DNA from: Promethearchaeota archaeon
Lineage (GTDB): Archaea; Asgardarchaeota; Hermodarchaeia; Hermodarchaeales; Hermodarchaeaceae
Assembly (NCBI GenBank): GCA_048938385.1
Contig: JBHLMG010000001.1
Location: 32,001-96,000 of the forward strand
Reading direction: 5' to 3'
Length of the DNA stretch: 64,000 nt
In this document: positions 38,275 through 48,816 of the stretch, piece after piece
Position numbering within the stretch: the stretch's first letter is position 1
Layout: each line of letters opens with the position of its first letter
Notes under the pieces: model-generated
What the model was told of the DNA's origin: nothing
Database searches by the model: none
Seen by the model: the letters and a program-made list of their open reading frames with translations, nothing else
Program-made: the position numbers and the translations under genes

Positions 38275-39282
38275 CTAGAACTCCTCCTCTAAGTAAATTA
38301 TTTTTTTACTTTGCGCGCTGACTAACGCTGCTTCTGCGATTTTTAATGCCTCTAACCCATCACGACCTGAAGTGAGGGGTTCTTGTTGCTGGGCAACGCT
38401 CTGAATGAAATGAGTAAGCTCATGTTTAAGGGGTTCATCCCATGAAGCCGTGGACTTTTGTATCCATTGATTTGTGCCCAGGGAAACCTCTTGGGATATA
38501 TAATCCAAGGACAAAACCCCTCGGGATCCTGTGATGTTCAAGCCTCTGAGTTTGTGCGGGGTCAACCAATTGCACTCTATGAAAAATGTAGGCTTGTCAT
38601 CAAAACGGATGACCAGGTTTGCATGGTCTTCATACTTATGATAAAGGCTCCCTGCTATGGCATATACTGAAGTCGCTTCCTGTTTTACCATGTATCTTGC
38701 AATATCAATATCATGGATTGCTAAATCCTTGATGATGCCAATGTCTGCTACCCGCTCTGGTACGAAGGGTCCCAGTCTGCGTGCAGAACCCAACACCAGT
38801 TCTCCAATATTTCCCTCATCAATGACCTCTACAGCCGTTTGCACAGATGGATTGAAGCGTTCCACAAAACCCACCATAAGAATGCTCTTAGCGGATTTCG
38901 CAGCGTCAATGATACGATGGGCTTGTTGAACCGTATCCGTCATCGGTTTTTCAACGAGTATGTGTTTACCGGCTTCGATGGCTTGTAACGCAATATCTGC
39001 ATGAGTGACAGTAGGTGTACAAATTGTAATGGCATCGACATCTTCGAGACGCAACAAATCGTCGACATCTGAAAAGTGCTGTGTGTTAAACCTTTTTGCA
39101 AGGGTCCTTGCTCGGTCGTTGTCACGATCAACTATAGCAATCAGGTTTGCTTTGTCTAATTCAGAGAAAACTCTAGCATGGTTTTTACCCCATGCTCCAA
39201 CTCCGACAACACCTACCCCAACGGGCTTCAATGGATTCACCACGCCTACAGAACCTGTTAGACCTTTAAAACTTACCGTCAT
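38275..39282 (-). CDS. Gfo/Idh/MocA oxidoreductase (UDP-sugar 3-dehydrogenase, WbpB-like)
   Basis: GVGAWGKNH, EKP, ERFNP, DLAIHDID. Confidence 0.88.
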   Translation of the reverse strand: MTVSFKGLTGSVGVVNPLKPVGVGVVGVGAWGKNHARVFSELDKANLIAIVDRDNDRARTLAKRFNTQHFSDVDDLLRLEDVDAITICTPTVTHADIALQAIEAGKHILVEKPMTDTVQQAHRIIDAAKSAKSILMVGFVERFNPSVQTAVEVIDEGNIGELVLGSARRLGPFVPERVADIGIIKDLAIHDIDIARYMVKQEATSVYAIAGSLYHKYEDHANLVIRFDDKPTFFIECNWLTPHKLRGLNITGSRGVLSLDYISQEVSLGTNQWIQKSTASWDEPLKHELTHFIQSVAQQQEPLTSGRDGLEALKIAEAALVSAQSKKIIYLEEEF

Positions 39283-39337
39283 TTCGTTTAAACCAGTTTA
39301 TTCGAAACGATAATTTAGGAGAATGCTCAAACACTGA

Positions 39338-40159
39338 GTGATCACCATGAATCTAAACGAACCCGCAGAAAAGCTCAGACAACTTGGTCTCACTGAGTAC
39401 GAGAGTCAGGCGTACTTAGTACTTGTCGAAGGGTCGCAAATGAGTGCTGAGAAAATCGCGCGAAAAGCTAACATTCCAATACCGCGGGTATATGGTGTTC
39501 TTGATAATCTAAGGGATCTAGGGTTAATAGTGATAATTGAGGGTAGACCAAAGAAATTTGAAATCATCAGTCCTGAGGAAGGGTTGCAGAATCTCCTCAA
39601 AATTCGTAAGAAATCTGCTGAAGAAGCGTTAAATCAGCTAGAAGCTACAAGCGTGGAAGTAAAAGAGGTTCTTTCACCCATTTTCTGGCGTGAGCGGTTA
39701 CGAATACGACCAGAAGACCTCCTTGAGCCTTTGGAGAATTTAGCGTTGACTGAGAAACAAACGAAACTTTTGATTAACGAAGCGAAAACCTCTATTGATA
39801 TCTTTACGGACATTTTCAATTGGTTCGATGCTGTCGAAGCTAATCTCGTCAAGGCAAAAAAACGCGGCGTCAAAATTCGCATCCTCATGAACATGGAACA
39901 TGCTGAAACCAGATCTACGGTCGAAAAACTTCAACCGATGGGTATCAGTGTCCGACAGCCTACAGATCTACGATTTCCTGTCCGTGGAACCCTCATCGAT
40001 GGATCTAAAGTAATTTTTCTGATTTGGGCCTCACCGAATACAAAAAGAGATCATCCACGCTATGTCTACCGACCAAGCTATTCAGCCAACGAAGGCATTG
40101 TAGCGATATTCAAACAAAGCTTTGAATATAGGTGGCAAAAGGCACGAACTAAGTCCTAG
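39338..40159 (+). CDS. TrmB family transcriptional regulator
   Basis: LGLTEYE..AY..L, IP.PRVY.VL..L, GRPKKF; PLD-like C-terminal domain. Confidence 0.9.
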   Translation: MITMNLNEPAEKLRQLGLTEYESQAYLVLVEGSQMSAEKIARKANIPIPRVYGVLDNLRDLGLIVIIEGRPKKFEIISPEEGLQNLLKIRKKSAEEALNQLEATSVEVKEVLSPIFWRERLRIRPEDLLEPLENLALTEKQTKLLINEAKTSIDIFTDIFNWFDAVEANLVKAKKRGVKIRILMNMEHAETRSTVEKLQPMGISVRQPTDLRFPVRGTLIDGSKVIFLIWASPNTKRDHPRYVYRPSYSANEGIVAIFKQSFEYRWQKARTKS

Positions 40160-40167
40160 CTATTTGT

Positions 40168-41544
40168 CTAACTGGCATTAGCCATTTGGTATCGGAAATA
40201 CAACCTTGTCGAATAATGCCAGAGTGTTAACCATCCAAAGACGAATAGAATACCAGCGATCGGCCAAAGATCGCTCTGCACGATTACAATCAGGAAGTCC
40301 AATAACCAGAATCCTAGCATGCCAATACCCCAAACAACGATCATAATTGAAATTAAACCAGCGAGTCGTATTCCAAGATGATCTACATTTCGAAGGGCTA
40401 CAAATACTCCCAAGATGAGACAGATAGGTACAATGAGAATCCACACATTAGCTGGCCAGTTGAGTAAAAATCCAGTATCGAATGGAATCAGAAATAAGGT
40501 TAGGATGGCGAGTATGCTGCTTGCTAGAGTAAGGAGGGCTAACGAAAGAATTATTCGTGGCTCGGACATCGGTCCACGTCCTAGTACCAAGCGAGTCAAA
40601 GTAAGGGGGGCATCCGCATCCCGAGAAGCCGCTAATTTTCCGTCGTCCTGAAAAATAGTTGGTCGACTTCGCATTTGTCGTCGTTCTAACAATCCACCAA
40701 TACTTACCAAACTATAAAACGCATTCATAATTGCAGGAAGAAGTGCGACAATCGCTAAAATTTCAACTCGCCCTAATATAGCGATAGCCCCAACTGCTGC
40801 CCCAATTGTCAATGATCCTGAATCTCCGGCAAAGGTTCGAGCAGGATACCGATTATAATACAAGTACGCGAGAAGAGCACCAAGCATTACACCGGACAGT
40901 AATACCCCCAGCTCTGCTCCAGGAATTCCGACAAAGAGCATTAACAAAGACACTACAAATATCGCTACGAACATGAAAATAGCAGTGAAAGGCATTACAC
41001 CATTAAAAACATCAATCATGTTTATCGCGTTTGCAGGAACCGCAATTGCCAGCGGAATTAACAAGGGATAAATAATCGTTAATCGCGTTCTACCAAGAAA
41101 AGGTAAAAACGGACCAGAATTATATGCGGGGATGAGGGGGGGAACCAACCCAAACGCCATAACCGTCCAGCTATAGATGAGAATTGGCAAACAAGCAATC
41201 GCGGTTAAAAGCGGTTTCACTTTGGGTCCAAGGGTCTTTAGGTCATCAACAATCCCGATCAAACCTGCTAAGAGGATTACAGACAAAAACACTAAAATTC
41301 GGAGGTCGAAAAAACCGCCCCCGATGATTCCAAGGCTGATAAAGAGAATAATACACCCAATAGTCAGCCCAAAGATTATCCCTACTCCGCCCATTTCAGC
41401 AACTTCGGGTTTATCCAGCTTGTGCACATCGATGCCTACAATATTACGGCTTCGCATTTTCTTGATCACAAATGGAAGAACAACGAAAGTGACAACGAGG
41501 GTTGAGAAAAATCCGATGATCGTTGAAAGAATGATGTGAATCAC
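40168..41544 (-). CDS. UDP-GlcNAc:polyprenol-phosphate GlcNAc-1-P transferase (AglH/ALG7, MraY superfamily)
   Basis: G.D.HK, EMGG, GIVDD, NAINM.D..NG, N.YPA..F.GD.G; multi-TM. Confidence 0.88.
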   Translation of the reverse strand: MIHIILSTIIGFFSTLVVTFVVLPFVIKKMRSRNIVGIDVHKLDKPEVAEMGGVGIIFGLTIGCIILFISLGIIGGGFFDLRILVFLSVILLAGLIGIVDDLKTLGPKVKPLLTAIACLPILIYSWTVMAFGLVPPLIPAYNSGPFLPFLGRTRLTIIYPLLIPLAIAVPANAINMIDVFNGVMPFTAIFMFVAIFVVSLLMLFVGIPGAELGVLLSGVMLGALLAYLYYNRYPARTFAGDSGSLTIGAAVGAIAILGRVEILAIVALLPAIMNAFYSLVSIGGLLERRQMRSRPTIFQDDGKLAASRDADAPLTLTRLVLGRGPMSEPRIILSLALLTLASSILAILTLFLIPFDTGFLLNWPANVWILIVPICLILGVFVALRNVDHLGIRLAGLISIMIVVWGIGMLGFWLLDFLIVIVQSDLWPIAGILFVFGWLTLWHYSTRLYFRYQMANAS

Positions 41545-41675
41545 AATACTGCAGCCTCATAAACTGCTGAAGGATTTAAAGCCAGTCAAAATCCATTGTA
41601 CCTTATAAAGGCATTCCTCCAGTTGTATGTAGGGGGGAGAAGGTTAAATATTGAATATGAACTTGCTGTGTATCA

Positions 41676-43883
41676 TTGGGAGGATACTGCGTGCCGGAGC
41701 TTGAACGACTCGACCAGATTCCAGGAATAGGTCCTCGTCTTGCGCAAAAACTAGTGGAGCTTTTCGGCTCAGAAGACGAGGCTCTTGATATTATTAAAAA
41801 CGCTCAAGTGGCAACATTAGCGAGTATCCCTGGGGTGGGCAAGAAAAAAGCTCTAGACTTAGTTCAAGAAGCTTATACGATCCGTGAGGGGATCAGCGCC
41901 TTTGAAGTGCTTAAAACTGCTGATATCCAAGAAATCTATCACCGTATTTTGGCCATAATTCAATCCTATGCACACAGTGTTTTTGCCAAAGACAAACTCA
42001 CCCTTTACTACCCTCTCCCTTCTTCTAAAGTTGACGCTATTCAAAAACGGCTAAACTGGTTTCAACAAGCAGCTGAATTGGTGGAAAAAAGTTCAGCGGA
42101 GCAATTGCAGAATCTGGGTCACCTTTTAGCAAAAGCGCGACCCCTTAGGAGTGGAATAGCACTCTCGCTAGCAACCTGGAGGGTAATCCTAACAGATAAT
42201 GATGAGGCACATCATCGCCTAAAAGATTTCAAAGCTGACAAAACATCGAGACTCATTCGTCTAAAACCTGGTGAACGACTCGACGAGTACATCAAATCAT
42301 ACGACTATATCATTGCAGCTCTTGAAATGGGCGGAATTGGTGGAGCAGCAGAGCATGCAGGAAACTTGGAATTAGTAAAGAACGATTTCACTTTAGCTGA
42401 TGTTTCTCCCGAATCCATTATTTCATTTTATGCAACTAATTACGAAACAATTGTAGCAATCTGTGACGCGGCAGACGCCTTGACACAACTTCCTGAAACT
42501 CCTGCTATAAAGCGTTTTACTGAAAGGCTCGACCTCGCAGCCATCAAAGAATTAACCTCCATCGTGGAAAAAATTACAAGTTCGGGGGATATATCACTAG
42601 GCGCTGATACTGAGTACGATCGACTTCGATTAGCCACACAAAAATTCGAGACCATTATTAGTGAAACTGAAATTTGGGCCAATGATAACATTCGTGAACA
42701 AATCTCAACAAGCCAAGTGGTTCTTGAAGGCGATCAGATAATCAATATTCTAGAGGCTTCAGCACAAGAAGCTATTGGGGCCGAACAACTTCGTCAATAT
42801 TTACCCCCCCAAGTCTTTGACATTCTAGTTTCAGCGTTACAAAGTTCAGAGGATCACCTTGCAGGATTATTGAAATTAAAACGGGATGAACTTGAATGGG
42901 TTGACGGTCTGTTTTCCCAGACTGTAGCATTACCTATCCAAGCTAATCGTCAATATGCAAGTAAATTACAAAATAACTTGCGACGATCTATGCATGCACG
43001 AGAGCATCAACTCAAAGTTGAGTATGCCTCAAAACTCATTAACTTTGAAAAAGCTATCAAAGATGCCGTCCAAACACTGCTAGATTTTGATGTTTTTCAA
43101 GCGATTGGGCAGTTTGCAAAACACTATCATCTATCTGTTCCTATTATCAAAGTGGATGGTGTTGGGCTATCCTTTCGTGAAGGTCGAAATATCTTCTTAT
43201 CGCAAATGGAGCGTTCTGGAAAATTAGAAGTCGTTCCCGTCTCGTACTCAATCGGAGGCAACAGCACTGCTTCTGAGCTTACAAAAGGAGAGCGAGTTGT
43301 ACTGCTCTCAGGAGCCAATAGTGGTGGTAAAAGTTGTTTACTCCAAAACATCGCTCAAATAGCCATTCTCGCACAAATGGGAATGCTGGTTCCAGCAAAA
43401 CAAGCAGAAGTGGGTATCTTCGATGAGCTTTATTATTACGCCAAAGCAACGGGCATGTTATCTGCAGGCGCATTTGAATCTTCATTGACTAATCTAGCGA
43501 ATATTGTGCTTAGTGATGCTTCGAAGTTGGCATGCTTTGATGAATGGGAAGCAAGTACAGAACCAGGTGCTGCTGCCAAAGTGGTCGCGGCGGTTCTTGA
43601 GCTTTTTTCCGAGAACCCTAACTCCTGCGTTATCTTTGTATCACACCTCGCTGAGGATATCACCAAACTCACTCGTACCCCCATTCGAGTCGACGGTATC
43701 GAGGCAACGGGATTAGATTCGCAACTCAATCTAATCGTTACTCGTTCACCCCAATTTGGAAAAATTGCGAAATCAACCCCTGAACTTATCGTAGAAAGGC
43801 TTTATCGTTCTTCTCGGGATCGAAAACAAGAAGTCTTTAAGCGTATCTTAGAACTTGTCCGAGGTCAAGAGGTTAGTAATTAA
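41676..43883 (+). CDS. Archaeal MutS-family ATPase with N-terminal HhH motifs (MutS5-like; likely GTG start 41691)
   Basis: IPGIGP and IPGVGKK HhH motifs; SGANSGGKS, AGAFE, DEWE, SH. Confidence 0.85.
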   Translation: MGGYCVPELERLDQIPGIGPRLAQKLVELFGSEDEALDIIKNAQVATLASIPGVGKKKALDLVQEAYTIREGISAFEVLKTADIQEIYHRILAIIQSYAHSVFAKDKLTLYYPLPSSKVDAIQKRLNWFQQAAELVEKSSAEQLQNLGHLLAKARPLRSGIALSLATWRVILTDNDEAHHRLKDFKADKTSRLIRLKPGERLDEYIKSYDYIIAALEMGGIGGAAEHAGNLELVKNDFTLADVSPESIISFYATNYETIVAICDAADALTQLPETPAIKRFTERLDLAAIKELTSIVEKITSSGDISLGADTEYDRLRLATQKFETIISETEIWANDNIREQISTSQVVLEGDQIINILEASAQEAIGAEQLRQYLPPQVFDILVSALQSSEDHLAGLLKLKRDELEWVDGLFSQTVALPIQANRQYASKLQNNLRRSMHAREHQLKVEYASKLINFEKAIKDAVQTLLDFDVFQAIGQFAKHYHLSVPIIKVDGVGLSFREGRNIFLSQMERSGKLEVVPVSYSIGGNSTASELTKGERVVLLSGANSGGKSCLLQNIAQIAILAQMGMLVPAKQAEVGIFDELYYYAKATGMLSAGAFESSLTNLANIVLSDASKLACFDEWEASTEPGAAAKVVAAVLELFSENPNSCVIFVSHLAEDITKLTRTPIRVDGIEATGLDSQLNLIVTRSPQFGKIAKSTPELIVERLYRSSRDRKQEVFKRILELVRGQEVSN

Positions 43884-44385
43884 GAGCTTTTACTCGGTTG
43901 ACTCCATCAAATTTGTTTACCAACGCTACGATTGTTTCTGGCACTAGGGTTTTCCAATCCTCACCAGTAATCATCCTACGGCGAACTTCATTTCCTTGGT
44001 ACTTGTCTTTTTTATACAAAGAGATGCGTTTTACAGAAATTCCGTGCTTTGAGAATAATTGCTCACTAGTATCTGAACCCGTATAGACCGTTCCAAAGGG
44101 TGGAACATAGGATCTAACATGGTCCACCCATTTTGGATAGTTATCGATATCAGGCACTGGGATAATCAGGAATCGAGAACATGGTATCTGCAATTCATCA
44201 AGAACGCTTTGCATCATCAGAAGGCGTTCACTAGTGGTGAATGGATTTTTTGGCGTGAAACCCGCTTGCGCGCTTCCGATTACAATGAAGACTTTTTCTT
44301 CTTTTCCAAAGACCTCATTCAATGCATGGACATGACCTTTATGAAGTGGTTGGAATCTTCCTAGGAAGAGGCCTGGGTTTTTCAT
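43873..44385 (-). CDS. nadM: Nicotinamide-nucleotide adenylyltransferase
   Basis: GRFQPLHKGH, GSAQ, NPFT..ER. Confidence 0.93.
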   Translation of the reverse strand: MKNPGLFLGRFQPLHKGHVHALNEVFGKEEKVFIVIGSAQAGFTPKNPFTTSERLLMMQSVLDELQIPCSRFLIIPVPDIDNYPKWVDHVRSYVPPFGTVYTGSDTSEQLFSKHGISVKRISLYKKDKYQGNEVRRRMITGEDWKTLVPETIVALVNKFDGVNRVKALNY

Positions 44386-44400
44386 AGTTCACCAGCGTTC

Positions 44401-44979
44401 TTAAAGGAGAATAGCTGTTTCATTAACTCTTCCATCTGCGTTAATCGGAACTCCCTCAGCCCGTAGAATTCTTGCCTTTTCTATTGTGCCTTCGTCAGTT
44501 CCTCCCAGTTTACCTAGCCGTCCATCAGAATGAATTACTCTATGACACGGTACTGCCCAAGGAACAGGGTTGCTTCGCATAACTGAACCAACACCGCGAG
44601 GCGATGAGTTGGTTCTTTTTGCCAGGCCTCCATACGAAATAACACTCCCTTTTGGTACTTGCATCAAATGATGGGAAATTTCAATACGGGTCGTGGACCA
44701 ATGTCGTTGTGAAATCTCTTCAGGAACAAATGGACGACCCTTTCCTTGAATTAACTGAGCAAGCCTTTGAGTTACTATAGCAAGATGAGGAGAGTGCGAT
44801 GACTCATTTAACTCGGTTTCTCGGTTCAACCGATTTAAAACGGTTTTGAGATTTATGGTGGCTGCTTGGCGTGTTGTGTTTGATGTGCAAGCAACTAATT
44901 TATTCTCTTTATCTTCCAAGGCTACTGCTAGCCACCGGTTTGGCTCTACTTTAACTGTGTCCGTGTAAATTATTGTCAT
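44401..44979 (-). CDS. ogt: Methylated-DNA-protein cysteine methyltransferase
   Basis: SYG.LA, R.VG..M..NP, PCHRV active site. Confidence 0.9.
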   Translation of the reverse strand: MTIIYTDTVKVEPNRWLAVALEDKENKLVACTSNTTRQAATINLKTVLNRLNRETELNESSHSPHLAIVTQRLAQLIQGKGRPFVPEEISQRHWSTTRIEISHHLMQVPKGSVISYGGLAKRTNSSPRGVGSVMRSNPVPWAVPCHRVIHSDGRLGKLGGTDEGTIEKARILRAEGVPINADGRVNETAILL

Positions 44980-45029
44980 CGTGTAAGCACTTTAATTACA
45001 CTTGTATAAAGCAATTTCAGTGAAGGCAA

Positions 45030-46115
45030 ATGGTAGTCACTATTGATGGTTCCGTACTTGAAGGTGGAGGACAGATCCTTCGATCCGCAATTGCCTTTGC
45101 TGGAGTCTTAGGTACAGGAGTGATAGTAACAAAAATCCGGGCAAAACGAACGACTTCTGGACTTCGTCCTCAGCACCTTCATGGTATTTTAGCTATGAAG
45201 CAGTTAACTGAAGCTGTCGTAAAAGGTGCACATGTAGGATCAGAACGAGTTGAGTTTATACCTCAAAACCGTCGAGGTGGAAATATTACAGTAGATGTTG
45301 GCACAGCTGGAGCGATTACCTTGATTTTACAAGTTGTAATGGTTATCGCACCCTATTGTGACCAACCAGTAGTCGCTAAACTTGTGGGTGGTACAAATGT
45401 TGCCTGGAGCCCACCGATTGATTATATGCAGCATGTCTTATTACCGCGTTTACATCAAATGGGTTATTCAGGTACTTTAGAACTTGTGAAGCGTGGTTAT
45501 TATCCACGCGGGGGTGGTCAGGTGAACGCGGTGTTAAATCCAGTACACCAGCTAACAGGACTCCAGCTTTCCGAAGCTCAAGATAAGCCTACGATTTCTG
45601 GAATCTCATACTGCGGGTCACTACCTCGGCATGTAGCTGAAAGACAAGCTCACGCTGCAATTAGCAAGTTATCTCAAACTGGGGTTCTCGTGGAGAATAT
45701 TGCCATAGAAGAAGTCAAAGACACTCTTTCACCTGGAAGTGGCGTCTCATTATGGACTGAAAATAATAAAAATCGCCTTATAGGTTCTGATGGGTTAGGT
45801 CGTCGAGGGCTCAAGGCAGAAAAGGTAGGAGAACAAGTGGCATCGCGCTTTCTTCAGGAACTTACGACAAAGGCTCCTGTCGATTTACATCAAGCAGATA
45901 TGTTGGTTCCTTACTTGGCTCTCGCGAAAGGGACTTCCTTCATACCTGTTTCTGAACTTACTCTACACACCGTCACTAACATACATGTAGTGGAACAATT
46001 CGTTGATGCTAAATTTGAAGTGAAAGGGAAGGTTGGTTCTCCTGCATTAATTACCGTCAGGGGGATTGGTTTAACCGGAGCCGCAGCTTCTCTTGGATCT
46101 TCACCGAATCAGTAA
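45030..46115 (+). CDS. rtcA: RNA 3'-terminal phosphate cyclase
   Basis: EGGGQILR, GLRPQH, GGTNV.WSP, RGYYPRGGG, H..TN. Confidence 0.95.
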   Translation: MVVTIDGSVLEGGGQILRSAIAFAGVLGTGVIVTKIRAKRTTSGLRPQHLHGILAMKQLTEAVVKGAHVGSERVEFIPQNRRGGNITVDVGTAGAITLILQVVMVIAPYCDQPVVAKLVGGTNVAWSPPIDYMQHVLLPRLHQMGYSGTLELVKRGYYPRGGGQVNAVLNPVHQLTGLQLSEAQDKPTISGISYCGSLPRHVAERQAHAAISKLSQTGVLVENIAIEEVKDTLSPGSGVSLWTENNKNRLIGSDGLGRRGLKAEKVGEQVASRFLQELTTKAPVDLHQADMLVPYLALAKGTSFIPVSELTLHTVTNIHVVEQFVDAKFEVKGKVGSPALITVRGIGLTGAAASLGSSPNQ

Positions 46116-47115
46116 TAATCTCATGAAAAACAGTTTCAAGGTTCTCACCGGTCAGAGTACTAATAATAGGGATTTTTGCTCTGCTAGTTAACGAGCGTGC
46201 TTTTTGTATCTCCTCTTCTGACGCAATATCACTCTTGTTTATCACCGGGATGATTTCAATTCCTTCAAAAGTTTGGACAATTTCTTCAAATAGCGTGACC
46301 TGGTTTGAAACCTCAAATCCGCAAGTAAGTGTTGGGTCAATGAGGAACACAATGACATCCGCCAAGTACTGAATTGCGGCTATTGCTCTTCGCTCAATGA
46401 TATTCCTCTCCTTCATGGGGCGGTCTAAAAGTCCTGGGAGATCCAAAATTTGTCCTTCACCAGAATTCACGGTCAGATGACCCACGCTGATGGTTTTGGT
46501 TGTGAATGGGTACTCTGCAATTTCAAGGGTAGCAGATGAAAGTAAGGAAACAAGCGAACTTTTTCCGACATTGGGAAATCCTGCGACGACAATAACAGGC
46601 AATTCAAGGTTAACTGAAGGAAATCGTCGATATTCTTTGGCTGCTTGTTGAATAACGATCAAGCGTGATTCGATTCGGTTAATAACAGAAGAAATCCGTC
46701 CATACGCAGCGCTTCGGATTCGGCGTGCTTCATCAGGGGTTTGTACGCGCTTTAGCTTTTGGATATTTTCGCGAACTATCTTCCTGATAATACGAACTGC
46801 AGATGTTACTGAAGCGAGAGCCTGACGAAGGTTATCAATTGGTACAGTGGTGTCCGCCAAGGTTCGGTAAAATGGGTGAATCTCATCGAAATTCGGGAAG
46901 CGCTTTACGACTTCTTGAAGACGATCTGTGAGTATATCTTCAACTTTACTTAATTTTGCTATCTCCTTTGTTCGGACGCGGATATGGGCTGGTTTTTTCG
47001 ATTTTGGCAAGGTGAGTTTCGATGCACGCGCAAAAGCGATGTCCAATAACTCGCTACTATGAGGGATATACTTCAAATCAGTAAATGGATTCACGGAACG
47101 ACACAGCTCAAACAA
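46057..47115 (-). CDS. NOG1-family GTP-binding protein
   Basis: GFPNVGKSS, YPFTT, D.PGLLDRP...RN.IE, NKSD. Confidence 0.92.
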   Translation of the reverse strand: MFELCRSVNPFTDLKYIPHSSELLDIAFARASKLTLPKSKKPAHIRVRTKEIAKLSKVEDILTDRLQEVVKRFPNFDEIHPFYRTLADTTVPIDNLRQALASVTSAVRIIRKIVRENIQKLKRVQTPDEARRIRSAAYGRISSVINRIESRLIVIQQAAKEYRRFPSVNLELPVIVVAGFPNVGKSSLVSLLSSATLEIAEYPFTTKTISVGHLTVNSGEGQILDLPGLLDRPMKERNIIERRAIAAIQYLADVIVFLIDPTLTCGFEVSNQVTLFEEIVQTFEGIEIIPVINKSDIASEEEIQKARSLTSRAKIPIISTLTGENLETVFHEIITDSVKIQEKLRLRLNQSP

Positions 47116-47175
47116 GAAGCAAGTTGAAAAGGTTTAATAACGCTTCCCTACGATAGCTCAGGCAGGTTATCAATA

Positions 47176-47793
47176 ATGAGTGGTCAACAAGATCTAACAC
47201 CCTTCTTTGGAGCCGCCACGGTCGGTATTACCTTTAGCAACGGTGTTGTTATTGGCGCTGAAAAACGGATTCTTTGGGGGTACACCGTCGTTAGTAAGAC
47301 AGGGAAAAAAATCTTCTCGGTTACTGATAACATCATCATCGGTAGTGCAGGTGTCAGCGGAGACTACCAAATGCTATCCTCGTTTCTGACTGCTGAATCC
47401 AATCTTTTCAAGCTAGAAAATCGTCGACCTATTACTGTAAACGGTGCTGCCCAGTTGTTATCAAACATCCTTTTCAGCAGAAAATACATGCCCTATCTAA
47501 CTCAAACGCTGATTGGAGGAGTTGATCAAGAGGGGTCTCATCTGTACAGCCTTGACCTCGCGGGTTCTCTAATAAAAGAAGAATACGCAGCCGTTGGAAC
47601 AGCTACTTCACTTGTCTTGGGAGTACTTGAAGCAAATTACCGTAAGGATCTTTCTAAAAAAGAGGCTATCGAACTGGCTGTAAAAGCTATAAGATCCGCC
47701 ACTCGTCGAGACGCAATGTCTGGAGACGGTATCGATCTTCTCATAGTAACCCCTGAGGGGATTGAGGCAAAAGAATTTGAACTCAACGAATAA
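47176..47793 (+). CDS. psmB: Proteasome beta subunit lacking the catalytic Thr1
   Basis: G-AATVGI..GVV..AEKR, KKIF, GGVD..G..LYSLD..GS, RD..SGDG. Confidence 0.9.
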   Translation: MSGQQDLTPFFGAATVGITFSNGVVIGAEKRILWGYTVVSKTGKKIFSVTDNIIIGSAGVSGDYQMLSSFLTAESNLFKLENRRPITVNGAAQLLSNILFSRKYMPYLTQTLIGGVDQEGSHLYSLDLAGSLIKEEYAAVGTATSLVLGVLEANYRKDLSKKEAIELAVKAIRSATRRDAMSGDGIDLLIVTPEGIEAKEFELNE

Positions 47794-47804
47794 ATGCCTC
47801 TCAT

Positions 47805-48788
47805 TCATTGGGTTTGGGATAGTAGGACAACTCGACTAACAACATCTTCTTGGGAAATCGTATAACCTGTTTTTTCAGCTAGACTCTGGGCAAAATCCCG
47901 AATTGCCTTCATACTGGGCATATTCTCACGGGAAAGGCGATGCATACTACCACCTACATGCATGTAAGCCTTACACTCGATAAAATCTGGATTGGCTTGC
48001 TCTAACCACTTTGCATATCCTGGAATTCCTTGCATGTTATGTGGAGAAACAAGCGTCATACGAATAACGGTCGGACAGGAAAAAGTGGAAAGTAAGCTTA
48101 AGGATTCTTGTAATCGTTCCCAAGCCTTAGGAATTTTAGGACGACAAAGTTTTTGGTGTATTGATTGTTCCGGTGCTACAAAAGAAATGTAGAGTTGTGT
48201 AGGTTCTTCTATTTCCTGTAAGATGTGTGGGTTTGTGCCATTACTTACTAAATAACTCGTCCAGTCTCTTCGATGGCATTCTCGGATAAGTTCTGAAAGG
48301 TGTTCATATAAGGTAGGTTCGCCTACTAGACTGATTGCGACATTGCGAGGGTTTCGTGCCTCTTGGTACATCTGAGGATTAACTTTCGGATGACACACAG
48401 GATTGTAGCCATCAAGTATTTTACGCTGCTCAATAACTGCGTTGTCTAGAATGGTAGAGGGTTCGTCTGGTATTTCCGGGTCAAGAGCCTTAGGAAACTG
48501 ATCATCTCCGGGCATTGTCCGCCAACAAAAGAGGCACTCTTGAGTGCATTGTAATGTTGGCGATAGTTGCATGCACTGGTGTGTTTTAATGGTCTTATAG
48601 AATGACTGTTTGTAACAGGGCCGTTGCTGAGTCAAGACCTTATGAAGGTGGTAGCATTTTTTTAATACACTATTTCTACCGATGAACCGGTATCGCTGCT
48701 TGCGATAAATTTTAGCTAACTCATTAGAGACCACAGCATCATCCATGAATTCAGCCAAAAGCCAATGATTTAAGTATTGTTTATTCAC
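47805..48788 (-). CDS. taw1: 4-demethylwyosine synthase (radical SAM, Taw1/TYW1)
   Basis: CYK..FY, CMQ.SP, CxxxCxxCWR, AISL.GEP, E.KAYM.VG. Confidence 0.92.
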   Translation of the reverse strand: MNKQYLNHWLLAEFMDDAVVSNELAKIYRKQRYRFIGRNSVLKKCYHLHKVLTQQRPCYKQSFYKTIKTHQCMQLSPTLQCTQECLFCWRTMPGDDQFPKALDPEIPDEPSTILDNAVIEQRKILDGYNPVCHPKVNPQMYQEARNPRNVAISLVGEPTLYEHLSELIRECHRRDWTSYLVSNGTNPHILQEIEEPTQLYISFVAPEQSIHQKLCRPKIPKAWERLQESLSLLSTFSCPTVIRMTLVSPHNMQGIPGYAKWLEQANPDFIECKAYMHVGGSMHRLSRENMPSMKAIRDFAQSLAEKTGYTISQEDVVSRVVLLSQTQ

Positions 48789-48816
48789 TGCTCCAACACC
48801 GAATCAAGTCATTCTA

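Noticed and set aside
45030-46115. RtcA as a dedicated partner of the intron system
   Set aside because: RtcA is a widespread housekeeping gene 36 kb from the intron. EndA already leaves 2',3'-cyclic phosphates, and neither endA nor rtcB is in the window.
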